DNA of 51,722 nucleotides from IMG/VR virus record IMGVR_UViG_3300029728_000017; one strand, 5' to 3'. Position 1 is the first letter of the stretch, and every line of letters begins with the position of its first letter. This document shows positions 15,060 to 23,449 of the stretch, in pieces. Both the position numbers and the translations under genes were made by a program. The stretch comes from a virus. The notes beneath the pieces were generated by a model. The model was not told where the DNA came from, ran no database searches, and was given only the letters and a program-made list of their open reading frames with translations.

Positions 15060-15434
15060 TTACATGTTCTCCATCTGCGTCATGCAGCGCCGCAGAACTT
15101 CACGCACGTTGTCATCGTCGGTGTCGCGGATCATGTCCTGCAGCTGGCGGCGCATATGCTCACGGGAATCATCCCGGCTATAGCGGCCCATAGAATCGCG
15201 GTGGCGGCCACGGTAAGAACTGCCCCGCCCGTAAGTGCCGCGAATGTTGGCATCCCAATCGCCGCTGCGGGAATAGCCGCCGTCGTACATTTCGATCTTG
15301 TCGATGTTCTTGATGGAAGAAACGGCCTTGTGGATGATCTCCAGATCGCCGGCACCCAGCTCGCCCTTGCGGGCCAGCTCGTCCAGTTCCTCGCACAGCA
15401 TATCCCGGATATCGTTTAATGCTTTTATGCTCAT
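15060..15434 (-). CDS. Hypothetical protein with an Arg/Ser/Tyr/Asp-rich low-complexity core
   Basis: Met 18 of ORF 15060..15485 is preceded by AAAGGAG. The core reads GGYSRSGDWDANIRGTYGRGSSYRGRHRDSMGRYSRDDSREH. Confidence 0.7.
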   Translation of the reverse strand: MSIKALNDIRDMLCEELDELARKGELGAGDLEIIHKAVSSIKNIDKIEMYDGGYSRSGDWDANIRGTYGRGSSYRGRHRDSMGRYSRDDSREHMRRQLQDMIRDTDDDNVREVLRRCMTQMENM

Positions 15435-15447
15435 GTTATCGCTCCTT

Positions 15448-15870
15448 TCAAGAAATTCGGTCAACGGCCATGTTGGAGTAGGCAAAGCTGACGGCCTGCG
15501 TGCTGGTGTTTTCCATTGCCACAGTCAGGCAGCAGTTGCGCGGTACCTCCACGATGGTGCTGACGTAGATATTGAAGTAGTTTTCCACCGCCGCAGGCGT
15601 AACAATAGCTGTCGCGCTGTTCAGCGGTTCACCGTTAATCGCCAGAGCTGCGCTGATTGCCTCCACCGTGCCGCCGGTGGGGATAGCGATGTTGCCGCCA
15701 AAAGCGACGCGGAACCGGGCTTTACACTGGTTGGTTAAACCCCGCAACGTTACAATTCCAGCGCCAGGACGGTGAACGATGCAAGGCTTGCTATTGACCG
15801 CAGTTTCAGTAAGCGGAACATTCTGACTGGCGGCAACAGTCTGAATTGCCACAGAAGTAAATTCTGCCAT
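15448..15870 (-). CDS. Hypothetical beta-rich protein (possibly a BclA-C-terminal/C1q-like fold, tentative)
   Basis: ORF track, 140 aa, rich in Ala/Val/Thr with a strand-like periodicity. The fold suggestion is from memory only. Confidence 0.6.
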   Translation of the reverse strand: MAEFTSVAIQTVAASQNVPLTETAVNSKPCIVHRPGAGIVTLRGLTNQCKARFRVAFGGNIAIPTGGTVEAISAALAINGEPLNSATAIVTPAAVENYFNIYVSTIVEVPRNCCLTVAMENTSTQAVSFAYSNMAVDRIS

Positions 15871-15885
15871 TTATATCATTCCTTT

Positions 15886-15922
15886 CTCAAAAAATACAGC
15901 GGCGGAGCCAAAGCCCCGCCGC
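15886..15922 (-). terminator. Intrinsic terminator after the 15990..16715 gene
   Basis: The minus strand reads GCGGCGG-ggctttggct-CCGCCGC, then a T-rich run (TGTATTTTTTG). A second hairpin GTTCGG-aaatt-CCGAAC lies just upstream. Confidence 0.65.
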
Positions 15923-15989
15923 GTTGGTGTCAGTATCAGCACGGGGCTGAACAGTTCGGAAATTCCGAACAGCTGATGCTATGCAGTTT

Positions 15990-16715
15990 TCAGCAGCCGC
16001 AACCGGTTCCGCATCCGCCATAGCTGCTGCCCGACCAAGGATTACAAGTGATGTAAGCCGGGGTGGGGCAAGGGCGCAGCTGGGAGATCAGGTAGTTGTT
16101 CTGTGCAGCCTGAGAAGCGGCAAGGCGCAGCTCCTGATTGGCACTTTCCAGATCGCGCATCTTGCTCTGCGTCAGGAAGTCAAGGATGGCGCGGCTATTC
16201 TGGTTCTGGTTGTCGATGATGTCACGCGCAGCGGTGTTGACCGTGTTGCGGGTATCGCACGCCTGCGTCGCCATGTCGTACCGCACCTGGGCAATAGCCG
16301 CCCGGTTCTCGCAGCAGCACTCCTGGTTCTGCATCTGCATGGCGTTGAGCTGCTGCATCAGCGCCGCCTGCTGGTTGCTGCGGGAAAGCTCGGCCTGTGC
16401 AAAGCCGTTTGCCATTGCCATGTTGGTGCCGTTGACAAGCTGCGCCTGCTGGTAAAATCCGTCGCAAAGACCCTGATTTACGCTGTCGATCTTGCGCTCG
16501 ACATTAGCAAAATCAGAGGTCAGCACATAACCGTCGACCACGCCGCCGGAATTGCCGTTGTTGCCCCAGCTGTTGCCGCCCCAGCCAAAGACGGCAAAAA
16601 TGAGGAAGAGAATAATGAGCCATGCGCCGTCACCGCCCCAGCCGAAACCGCCGCCGTTGTTGGTAGGCGAAACCGGCATGGTCAGCATGGGAGCGCCGCC
16701 ATCGGAAAGAGACAT
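15990..16715 (-). CDS. Gly-rich membrane protein with a Gln/Asn coiled coil and a Cys-rich tail
   Basis: ORF track, 241 aa. It has GGGFGWGGDGAWLIILFLIFAVFGWGGNSWGNNGN, long Q/N-rich helices and a C-terminal SSYGGCGTGCGC. Confidence 0.75.
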   Translation of the reverse strand: MSLSDGGAPMLTMPVSPTNNGGGFGWGGDGAWLIILFLIFAVFGWGGNSWGNNGNSGGVVDGYVLTSDFANVERKIDSVNQGLCDGFYQQAQLVNGTNMAMANGFAQAELSRSNQQAALMQQLNAMQMQNQECCCENRAAIAQVRYDMATQACDTRNTVNTAARDIIDNQNQNSRAILDFLTQSKMRDLESANQELRLAASQAAQNNYLISQLRPCPTPAYITCNPWSGSSYGGCGTGCGC

Positions 16716-16798
16716 AGTATCACTCCTTTTAATTAAAGTCAGTTTTATCTAAATCGTGGCCACGATAAAGAATTAAAGAAAACGCTGTAAACATTTAA

Positions 16799-17011
16799 TT
16801 ACTGCATCAGGCTTTGGAACTGCTTTGCCATCTGCTGAAGCTGGTTAAGCTGCTGCTGATTCAGTTTACCGCTCTGCAAGAGCTTCTCGACCTCTGCTTT
16901 TGGATCACCCTGAAAATTCGCCTTGAACTGCTGAAACTGCTGCATCATCTGGGCAAAGTTGCCCATAGGGCCATGCCCGCCGCCCAGCGCGGCCATGAAC
17001 GGATTACTCAT
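16799..17011 (-). CDS. Gln-rich small protein
   Basis: ORF track, 70 aa. Contains QMMQQFQQFKANFQ and QQQLNQLQQMAKQFQSLMQ. Confidence 0.65.
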   Translation of the reverse strand: MSNPFMAALGGGHGPMGNFAQMMQQFQQFKANFQGDPKAEVEKLLQSGKLNQQQLNQLQQMAKQFQSLMQ

Positions 17012-17447
17012 CGTCCTCTTCCTCCTCCGCCTTGCGTTTCTTCTTACCCTTTATTTCGCCCACAAGTGCCGCCAGCGCGTCGAACTCCTTCCGGGTGACA
17101 AATTCCACGCCAGGCTTTTGCGGCGCTTCTTGGGGCGTTTCTGTGCGTTCTACAAGGTCATAAATTTTAAGGGACGGTTTCCCGCTTGCGTCCGCCTGCT
17201 TGAGGTACACCGTCGGCGCGGTGCTGTCCCACAAGGCAACGGCAGCATTGGGCGCGATCATCCAGTTACGCGCCTCCTGTTCGCCGCTCACCCACTGCAC
17301 ACCGCCCTGCGCGATGGGATTCTGTGGGGGCATTTGCTGAGGCATTTGCGGCATTATCTGCTGCTGCCGCATTTGCATAAGGTTGTCCTGCATCGGAGGG
17401 GGATAATAGGGGTTCTGGTAGCCATAAGGGTTAAAAGCCATTGTCAT
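17004..17447 (-). CDS. Pro/Gln-rich protein with a globular core and a Lys/Glu tail
   Basis: The ATGA-coupled Met 6 of ORF 17004..17462 is preferred. Contains YQNPYYPPPMQ...PQMPQQMPPQNP, a globular segment, then KGKKKRKAEEEEDDE. Confidence 0.7.
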   Translation of the reverse strand: MTMAFNPYGYQNPYYPPPMQDNLMQMRQQQIMPQMPQQMPPQNPIAQGGVQWVSGEQEARNWMIAPNAAVALWDSTAPTVYLKQADASGKPSLKIYDLVERTETPQEAPQKPGVEFVTRKEFDALAALVGEIKGKKKRKAEEEEDDE

Positions 17448-17836
17448 TCCGTCCTTTCCCAATAATACAAAACTGTTTCGTTTGAGCTATCCCAGCTGTC
17501 GTATAAAACGCCGTCACGCACACACACCACATGGCCGGACAGGGCGAGGATGTACGTCCCTACCGGATGCTCGTCCGCAAATTGCCCCACCGTGTAGCAG
17601 TCCGGGCAGGTGTCCGGCACGATATGCCGCCGGAAGCCTATTGACCGCAGATAAGCGCCCCAGCAGGAGTTTGCCGACGGCATGTCCCCATCAAGATAGC
17701 CCTGTACGCACAGCCAGAGATACGCCTCTCCCCAATCCATCCCGGTGGCCTTTGAGATGGCGCGGACGGTGCAATCTCCCGTGTTTTTCCCCTTTGGGTT
17801 TTCGTTGTAATAGCTATACATATTCCCGTCTGTCAT
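17444..17836 (-). CDS. Papain-like cysteine peptidase fold protein (putative). The start is uncertain between 17836 and 17821.
   Basis: ORF 17444..17893. It has an NTGDCTVRAISKATG (Cys) and a LALSGHVVCV (His) pair. The region upstream of Met 20 looks non-coding. Confidence 0.5.
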   Translation of the reverse strand: MTDGNMYSYYNENPKGKNTGDCTVRAISKATGMDWGEAYLWLCVQGYLDGDMPSANSCWGAYLRSIGFRRHIVPDTCPDCYTVGQFADEHPVGTYILALSGHVVCVRDGVLYDSWDSSNETVLYYWERTE

Positions 17837-17963
17837 CGAAAAACAGTTCAATGATGTGGACAAACATAGAAAGCCCGGATTCGTCGTTTTCATACAGTCG
17901 GCAGATATCCGCTGCCATTTCCTCTGTGTATCCGCACTCGATCAATCGCTCTCTGTTGCTCAT
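17814..17963 (-). CDS. Small 49-aa protein
   Basis: Met 131 of ORF 17814..18353 is preceded by a perfect AAGGAGGTG. Sequence MSNRERLIECGYTEEMAADICRLYENDESGL... The rest of the long ORF is Arg/Ser-rich junk that spans a terminator. Confidence 0.6.
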   Translation of the reverse strand: MSNRERLIECGYTEEMAADICRLYENDESGLSMFVHIIELFFDDRREYV

Positions 17964-17991
17964 GTCCGCACCTCCTTGTTGCTTCCAGTGT

Positions 17992-18044
17992 AAAAGAAAA
18001 AAGACCAAACAAATGGCCGATAAATGGTCATTGTTTGGTCTTTT
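17992..18044 (-). terminator. Intrinsic terminator, bidirectional in form
   Basis: A 10-bp stem AGACCAAACA...TGTTTGGTCT (18002-18041) is flanked by an A-run on one side and a T-run on the other. Confidence 0.7.
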
Positions 18045-18046
18045 GA

Positions 18047-18286
18047 CTATAAATTCTTTATATGGTCTGCGATTTTCCCGTAAGCGCGTCGTCTGCGCCG
18101 GTTGATGTATTCCGGCGTGACATATTGCTGTGTGCATAGCTGTGCGTAGCTTTTGCCTTTTACGTCGCACTCGATCAGGAAAAATGCTTCGTCGCTTGGC
18201 AATCCCAGACCGGCGATGAAACTCACCGCCCGCTGGGGCGCCATAGACTGCAACTTTGCTCGGATAGCTCGATGTGTCGGATTCAT
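18047..18286 (-). CDS. Sigma-70 region-4-like / ArpU-RinA-like HTH protein (tentative regulator)
   Basis: ORF track 18047..18298. KSYAQLCTQQYVTPEYINRRRRRAYGKIADHI resembles region-4-type HTH regulators. The start is uncertain. Confidence 0.4.
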   Translation of the reverse strand: MNPTHRAIRAKLQSMAPQRAVSFIAGLGLPSDEAFFLIECDVKGKSYAQLCTQQYVTPEYINRRRRRAYGKIADHIKNL

Positions 18287-18374
18287 GCTGATTCCCACGC
18301 CGTGAGCTTGCGGAGCTTGCGCGGAGACGGAGGGCGGCGGATCGTAGCCTCACGCCTCGCTCAGATGCAAGTTT

Positions 18375-19571
18375 TTATTTCGTCGCCTTTGTAATAAACG
18401 CGTTCGGGTACACCTTCTGCACTTCCTTGAGAAATGCACCCGCATTGGCTTTTACGCTGAATGCGCCGATCTGCACGCGGTAGATTACATTCCCGGCCGT
18501 GGTGGGTTTGTTGGCCGACTTGAAGGTCACACCAAGGTAATTGCAGATTCCTTTTGCAATGGTCTCACCGATTAGTTCGGTATTATTGATGATCCATTGC
18601 GCCACATCTGGCACATCGTGGAAATCCACCTCAATGTAAACGGTGGGAGCGGCGGGTGTTTTCACCTCGAATAGCGACGGGTTGGCCTTGATGTTCTCAC
18701 TGGTGCCCGGAGTAACCGGAGCCAGCACATCAAACACAGCTTTTGCCGCCTTGTACCCCTCGCTGGACTTGTCCAGCTGATAGCAAAAAATCCGCGTGCC
18801 GCTGGCCTTTCCGTTGGCGGCGTTGGTGTGGATCGGTACATGCAGGTCGGCCATGAAGTTGTCGGATGCTTTGCATCGGTTTGCCATGGTGTCATATTGA
18901 CCGACCATGACCTTCACACCGCTGCGCTCCAGCGCCGTCTTGCACGCTGCCGCAATTTTGCCGCACTGCACATCCTCCGTGGTGTTGCCCACGGCGTAAG
19001 TGTTGCTCTTCTGATTGGAGGGAGACAGATAAACTTTCTTTTCCATAGCTTCTTCCTTTCCATAGGATGGGTGAAAGATCGCCCACGTTCCGCTGGTGGG
19101 CATAACGCGCTTTTTATAGCCGATTCCCTCAAAGGCACCAGTTCCCGCCGTAGACAACTTGGCTTTTTCTGCGGTGGAAAACACCATGTTGTTTCCTTCC
19201 AGCGTGATAAAGGTCGTACCGTCAAGCTTCTCGTAAATGAAAAACACATGCTGGTACATCCAGCGGCTTTCTTTCTGGTTGTATTCGCAATAAAAGGCAA
19301 TGTCACCCTTCTGCGCCTTGCTGTTGTCCTTGAGCCGCCATCCCTTGGCCGTCAACCACTCTCCGAGAGAACGGCACCACGCCGGGTTTTGGCAGCCGTC
19401 CAGCAGATACGGCTTTCCGCTCTGCCGGTCGGCGTACCAGATGGTGTACCCGCAGTACGCCACACCCATAGCGTTCCAGTACTTGTTTACCGTGGTGTTG
19501 TTCCCGGTGCCGGTTTCTCGCTCGCCCGCCAGCTTTTCCACCGGGGCAAGCATCTGAGATACAGACTTCAT
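18375..19571 (-). CDS. Three-domain endolysin: CHAP-like, N-acetylmuramoyl-L-alanine amidase, SPOR
   Basis: ORF track, 398 aa. The CHAP-like part has AYCGYTIWY...GDIAFY...QHVFFIY, the amidase_3-like part has VYLSPSNQ...DLHVPIHTNA...GTRIF, and the SPOR-like part has YRVQIGAFSVKANAGAFLKEVQ. Confidence 0.9.
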   Translation of the reverse strand: MKSVSQMLAPVEKLAGERETGTGNNTTVNKYWNAMGVAYCGYTIWYADRQSGKPYLLDGCQNPAWCRSLGEWLTAKGWRLKDNSKAQKGDIAFYCEYNQKESRWMYQHVFFIYEKLDGTTFITLEGNNMVFSTAEKAKLSTAGTGAFEGIGYKKRVMPTSGTWAIFHPSYGKEEAMEKKVYLSPSNQKSNTYAVGNTTEDVQCGKIAAACKTALERSGVKVMVGQYDTMANRCKASDNFMADLHVPIHTNAANGKASGTRIFCYQLDKSSEGYKAAKAVFDVLAPVTPGTSENIKANPSLFEVKTPAAPTVYIEVDFHDVPDVAQWIINNTELIGETIAKGICNYLGVTFKSANKPTTAGNVIYRVQIGAFSVKANAGAFLKEVQKVYPNAFITKATK

Positions 19572-19584
19572 AGGGCGTCACCTC

Positions 19585-19923
19585 TTAGTCCGCTTTCCCC
19601 TCGCCGTTGACCACCTTCGCCGCAGCGCAGATGGCGTCGATCATCTCGCTGACTTTCTGTGCCGCTACATCGTCATAGGGGAAATTGGCGCTCTTGGCGG
19701 CGCTCTGCACGCCCGCCATGACCCACGCCTTGCGGGCCGCGCCTTCGGCAAACAGCCCCTCTGCCTGCTGCATCAGATCCAGCACAATGGCCACGATCTG
19801 AGACCAGTTCTTCTCCTGCACAGCCGCCTTGACGGTCTGCACCAGCTTGACCACCAGCGGAATGCACACGGCCAGACCGCTCAAAATGCTTACTACGATT
19901 TCAACCCAACTCAGATTATTCAT
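19585..19923 (-). CDS. Holin (LL-H-like)
   Basis: ORF track, 112 aa. It has an N-terminal TM helix IVVSILSGLAVCIPLVV and lies directly upstream of the endolysin. Confidence 0.7.
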   Translation of the reverse strand: MNNLSWVEIVVSILSGLAVCIPLVVKLVQTVKAAVQEKNWSQIVAIVLDLMQQAEGLFAEGAARKAWVMAGVQSAAKSANFPYDDVAAQKVSEMIDAICAAAKVVNGEGKAD

Positions 19924-20147
19924 GACATTACCTCATCTTTCGTTTTGATTTTTATCCCTGCCAGCAGGGCCAATTCAACTGTCCACGCCGAAAACCACGC
20001 TACCGTCAGCGCGTCCGGCACCATCTTATTGAAGAACGCCGCCACGATCACGGCGATGCAGTACCACGTCAGGTTGACCACCGCCAGAATCGTGAACTTT
20101 GTCCTCCGCTTCATTTTGGGCTTTTTCGCCACCCGCTTGCCGCTCAT
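19920..20147 (-). CDS. Two-TM membrane protein (holin-like or lysis accessory)
   Basis: ATGA-coupled Met 25 of ORF 19920..20219. It has a basic N-terminus followed by FTILAVVNLTWYCIAVIVAAFF and VAWFSAWTVELALLAGI. Confidence 0.6.
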   Translation of the reverse strand: MSGKRVAKKPKMKRRTKFTILAVVNLTWYCIAVIVAAFFNKMVPDALTVAWFSAWTVELALLAGIKIKTKDEVMS

Positions 20148-20692
20148 GGCTCCACCCAGTTCAGAGAGCTGGCGACGCAGAGCTTGTTGTAGTCGATCAA
20201 GCTCACCGTCTCGCTCCAATTATCCAGCACCAGCAGGAACTTCGCCCGCTGGTACTCCTCCACGCCCACCAGCACCACGCTGTGGTCGTGGTAGTAGCCC
20301 CGACCGTCGTCCCACAGGTTGAGGACGGCGGGAATGCCCCGTTCCGCCAGCCTACGGGCCGTCAGCCAGTTCCAGCCCACCACCTTGCCGTAGGCGCTGC
20401 GGGGCGTTCCCGGCTCATGCAGCACCCGCAAAAGCTCCTTGGTGATGGCCTTGACCGTCAGGGGATTCGTCCCCTTCTTGTCACCGTCGTAGCCGTGTTC
20501 CAAGGCGATGTGCTCGATAACGCCGTACCACCGCGCCCCGTAGATGCAGGCCAGCGAGGTTAGCGTACAGTCCAGCTCCTTGCCGTAGTTCTTTTGGAGC
20601 AGGCCCGTCATGGGGATCAGTTTCCGGTAAGTCTGCTTGCCCCGGTTGGGGTACTCCGCTTCCAGCCGCTTGTAGTCCAGTCTGTGGGTCAT
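20144..20692 (-). CDS. Papain-like/C39-like cysteine peptidase fold protein (possible second lytic enzyme)
   Basis: ORF track, 182 aa. It has an LDCTLTSLACIYG (Cys) and a YHDHSVVLVGV (His) pair. Confidence 0.5.
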   Translation of the reverse strand: MTHRLDYKRLEAEYPNRGKQTYRKLIPMTGLLQKNYGKELDCTLTSLACIYGARWYGVIEHIALEHGYDGDKKGTNPLTVKAITKELLRVLHEPGTPRSAYGKVVGWNWLTARRLAERGIPAVLNLWDDGRGYYHDHSVVLVGVEEYQRAKFLLVLDNWSETVSLIDYNKLCVASSLNWVEP

Positions 20693-21003
20693 GCCGGTTC
20701 CCCCTTTCGGATGGGCAGGCGGCGCACCTCCTCCATCACGCGCTTGGCGCTGCCGTTGCCACCCATTTTCTCATACGGCGCGTAGAGGTAGTCGTTTAGG
20801 TTTTCGTACTCATCCTGCGTAATGTGCCCCCGCTGCACATACACCATACCCAGATGCACGATCCGGTCATGGGCCAAGCCGACCAGCATCTTGCGCTCTG
20901 CGTCGTTTTTGTCGGCCCGTTTGGCTACCAGCGCCCACAGGCCGCCGCTGGTCAGCGCGGCCACCACAATGGCGCTGATGGCCGGAATAACATATTGCCA
21001 CAT
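20689..21003 (-). CDS. N-terminally membrane-anchored protein, function unknown
   Basis: ORF track, 104 aa. TM helix YVIPAISAIVVAALTSGGLWALV. Confidence 0.7.
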   Translation of the reverse strand: MWQYVIPAISAIVVAALTSGGLWALVAKRADKNDAERKMLVGLAHDRIVHLGMVYVQRGHITQDEYENLNDYLYAPYEKMGGNGSAKRVMEEVRRLPIRKGEPA

Positions 21004-21020
21004 GTCAAATCACCTCTTTC

Positions 21021-21638
21021 TCACGTCGTCGCCGTTCCATACGGCAAAAACTCATCGTATAACTGGTCATACAGCCCAACCACGCCGTCGCTGTTGCGCA
21101 CGAAGGGCCGCCACTCTCTCTGATCACCGCCGCTGCTGTGATGCTCCACCTTGTACAGCCGTATCGGTTGATTCGCGCCGCCGATTATCAGATTTGTGTC
21201 GGCGGTGAACGCCGGAACGCCGCTCATGTCGACCTTCTGTTCGCCATCCATGTACACCTTCTGCTCGGTCATCCACATCTCATGCTGCTCTCCGACAACC
21301 ACAGGCTTCCAGATTTGCTGGTTGTGCCAGTCGATCTTGCCGTATACGCCGTTTGCGCCGTCGATATAAAATCGCATGTTTTTGGTGTTGCCCGCATGGA
21401 TGACAGCGCCATAGGTCGTCGCCGCCAGCGGCGCCCACGCCACAAACATGTAGTCAGTGGACTTGCATGCTACGCCGGTGTCCAGTGTCGCGCCAGCGGG
21501 AATGTCAAGGCTGGGGATAAAGGTGTATTCGTCCGCCGCCGGTTTCTGCCACAGCACAGTACCCGCCGCATTGGTGATCTTTGCCACGCTGCCCTCTGGG
21601 ATGGTAAGGCTTTTCACTTGTGAAAAATCCATAGCCAC
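21021..21638 (-). CDS. Tail fibre-associated / receptor-binding module protein
   Basis: ORF track, 205 aa. The N-terminal IPEGSVAKITNAAGTVLWQK is typical of fibre-tip proteins in Firmicutes phages. Confidence 0.55.
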   Translation of the reverse strand: MAMDFSQVKSLTIPEGSVAKITNAAGTVLWQKPAADEYTFIPSLDIPAGATLDTGVACKSTDYMFVAWAPLAATTYGAVIHAGNTKNMRFYIDGANGVYGKIDWHNQQIWKPVVVGEQHEMWMTEQKVYMDGEQKVDMSGVPAFTADTNLIIGGANQPIRLYKVEHHSSGGDQREWRPFVRNSDGVVGLYDQLYDEFLPYGTATT

Positions 21639-21639
21639 C

Positions 21640-22221
21640 TCACAAAATCTGAGATACGCCGGTCACAATGGTCTTTGTGACCTCACTGCCGTCCTCCAGC
21701 GTAAATGTCCAAGTCTCAATTGCAAGTTGCTGAGCGCTCCAAGCGCCATTTGTTACTGCCAACACCTTGCCATTGTCCTCGGCGGTTACAGGAACGGGAG
21801 CCATATAGTCAGTGCCCGGAAGTGCGTCGATAAACTGGTCAAAATTAGAATCGCGCTTCACAATGCTGCCACTTGCAACAAGCATTTTGGGGACGCTCGA
21901 ATAGTTAAAAGTCCAAGCGTCATTGTTATCAACAAACAGCGAAATTAACTGGCCAAAATTTTCGACAGAGGAAAAAATAATGACTGAAACGGGAGTGTCC
22001 CCAGAAAGCGTCACGTCATTAAAATAAATGGTTCCGTCCAGCACAGCCCTGACCATCTGCCCGCCATTGATAGCCGCCAGAATCTCGGCAAACGTCTTGT
22101 CTGCGGTATAGCCGTCATTGCCAGACGTGACGTTGACTGTCATGGTCTTTGGGATCGCGGCCAGCTTCTCGCCGATCTTGTTCCACAAATAAGCAAGGCC
22201 ATCCTTATCCAGAAAGCTCAT
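21640..22221 (-). CDS. Tail fibre protein (shares an N-terminal motif with 22234..22857)
   Basis: ORF track, 193 aa. MSFLDKDGLAYLWNKIGEKL compares with MSKYLDQDGLLYLWNSKIKPAL in the neighbour. Confidence 0.6.
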   Translation of the reverse strand: MSFLDKDGLAYLWNKIGEKLAAIPKTMTVNVTSGNDGYTADKTFAEILAAINGGQMVRAVLDGTIYFNDVTLSGDTPVSVIIFSSVENFGQLISLFVDNNDAWTFNYSSVPKMLVASGSIVKRDSNFDQFIDALPGTDYMAPVPVTAEDNGKVLAVTNGAWSAQQLAIETWTFTLEDGSEVTKTIVTGVSQIL

Positions 22222-22233
22222 AGCTCGCCCTCC

Positions 22234-22857
22234 TTACGTCTCCGCCGTGATGGTATCGATCTCTGTGTTTGTGATAGCCTCGATTTCAAACATAGTGCCC
22301 AGGGCGTCCCAGCCGTCGCCGGTCCAGGCGTAGTTCATGCCGGTGTCCTCCACGTTCCACACATCGCCAACCTCGTTGCCGGTGGCAGGCAGCAGCGCGT
22401 AGTTGGCCTTGCTGCCCTTGTACTTATACAGACCTGAGATATCACTTTTCTTGGCGTAGTCACTGGGGGAAGAAAATCCCGCCAGCTTGGCATAGTCAGC
22501 CGCCGACATCAGACCGGGCGTGCTGGCCGTAGCGGCTTCGTAAGTGGTGTCCGTGAACGCAGCGTCCTCCGGAACGTCCTTCGCCACCGTGTGGCCACCC
22601 ACCTTCTCGGCGTTGTCCACAATGCCGTTGCCGTTGGTGTCGTACACGCTTTTCAGCATGTCGCCGCCGCCCGCGTTGCCCACGGAGTCATCCACGTACT
22701 TCTTGGTGGCCGCGTCCATGTCCTCGGTGGGCGCCCCGGAGAGCTTCAGCTTGCCGGTCATGGTGCCGCCCGCCAGGGGCAGGTACTTGGCCAGCGCGGG
22801 CTTGATCTTGCTGTTCCACAGGTACAGCAGGCCGTCCTGATCCAGATATTTGCTCAT
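22234..22857 (-). CDS. Tail fibre protein
   Basis: ORF track, 207 aa. Carries the fibre signature LPLAGGTMTGKLKLSGAPTEDMDAATKKYVDD. Confidence 0.75.
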   Translation of the reverse strand: MSKYLDQDGLLYLWNSKIKPALAKYLPLAGGTMTGKLKLSGAPTEDMDAATKKYVDDSVGNAGGGDMLKSVYDTNGNGIVDNAEKVGGHTVAKDVPEDAAFTDTTYEAATASTPGLMSAADYAKLAGFSSPSDYAKKSDISGLYKYKGSKANYALLPATGNEVGDVWNVEDTGMNYAWTGDGWDALGTMFEIEAITNTEIDTITAET

Positions 22858-23117
22858 TTCAACAACTCCTCTATTTCCGTATTTGTCAGTCTTTCCGTGG
22901 CGGGCGGGACGATAGCACGCAGCGCCCCGCCTGTAACACCGAGGTTCTCCCCAATCGTTTCAAACGGCTTCTCCCGCAGCTGCCCCCACGTGGACGCGCC
23001 GCCGGAGGCCTGTGGGATCGCCACAGCCCCGGCCAGAGCCCCCTTGCCGGACATGCGGCCCGCCAGCGCACCGGTGGCCTGCACCGTGCCCCGCAGCTTC
23101 CCGCACTGCTCACTCAT
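22854..23117 (-). CDS. Hypothetical tail-module protein
   Basis: ATGA-coupled Met 14 of ORF 22854..23156. Confidence 0.6.
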   Translation of the reverse strand: MSEQCGKLRGTVQATGALAGRMSGKGALAGAVAIPQASGGASTWGQLREKPFETIGENLGVTGGALRAIVPPATERLTNTEIEELLK

Positions 23118-23449
23118 GGCGTCGTCACCTCCACCAACAGGTGGAACTCGCTGCACTGGATGACGGTGTAGATGTCCGCGCCCGTCCGCAGCTCCACATC
23201 ATATTTGTAGGTGCCGGTAGCCATCTGAGCGGTATCCTCCGGAGTCAGATGGATATCGCTGCTGCCCTTGACGGTCTTTTGCAGCAGCACCGGAGACGCT
23301 TCATAGGCCTGCTTCCGTACCGTCAGGATCAGCGTATCGTTCGGCTGCATTTCATAGGCGTCGCCGCTGGCATTGTTGGTAATGCCAACACTCAGATGCG
23401 CCGTGTCGCCCTTCGTCAGATAGATGTCACTGCCGTTGATCTCAAGCAT
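23114..23449 (-). CDS. Hypothetical tail-module protein (Ig-like beta composition)
   Basis: ORF track, 111 aa. Confidence 0.65.
   Translation of the reverse strand: MLEINGSDIYLTKGDTAHLSVGITNNASGDAYEMQPNDTLILTVRKQAYEASPVLLQKTVKGSSDIHLTPEDTAQMATGTYKYDVELRTGADIYTVIQCSEFHLLVEVTTP

Noticed and set aside
17814-18353. A single 179-aa ORF
   Set aside because: Its N-terminal two thirds are Arg/Ser-rich, overlap the better 18047..18298 ORF in another frame, and span a strong terminator. Only the last 49 codons, preceded by AAGGAGGTG, are kept.
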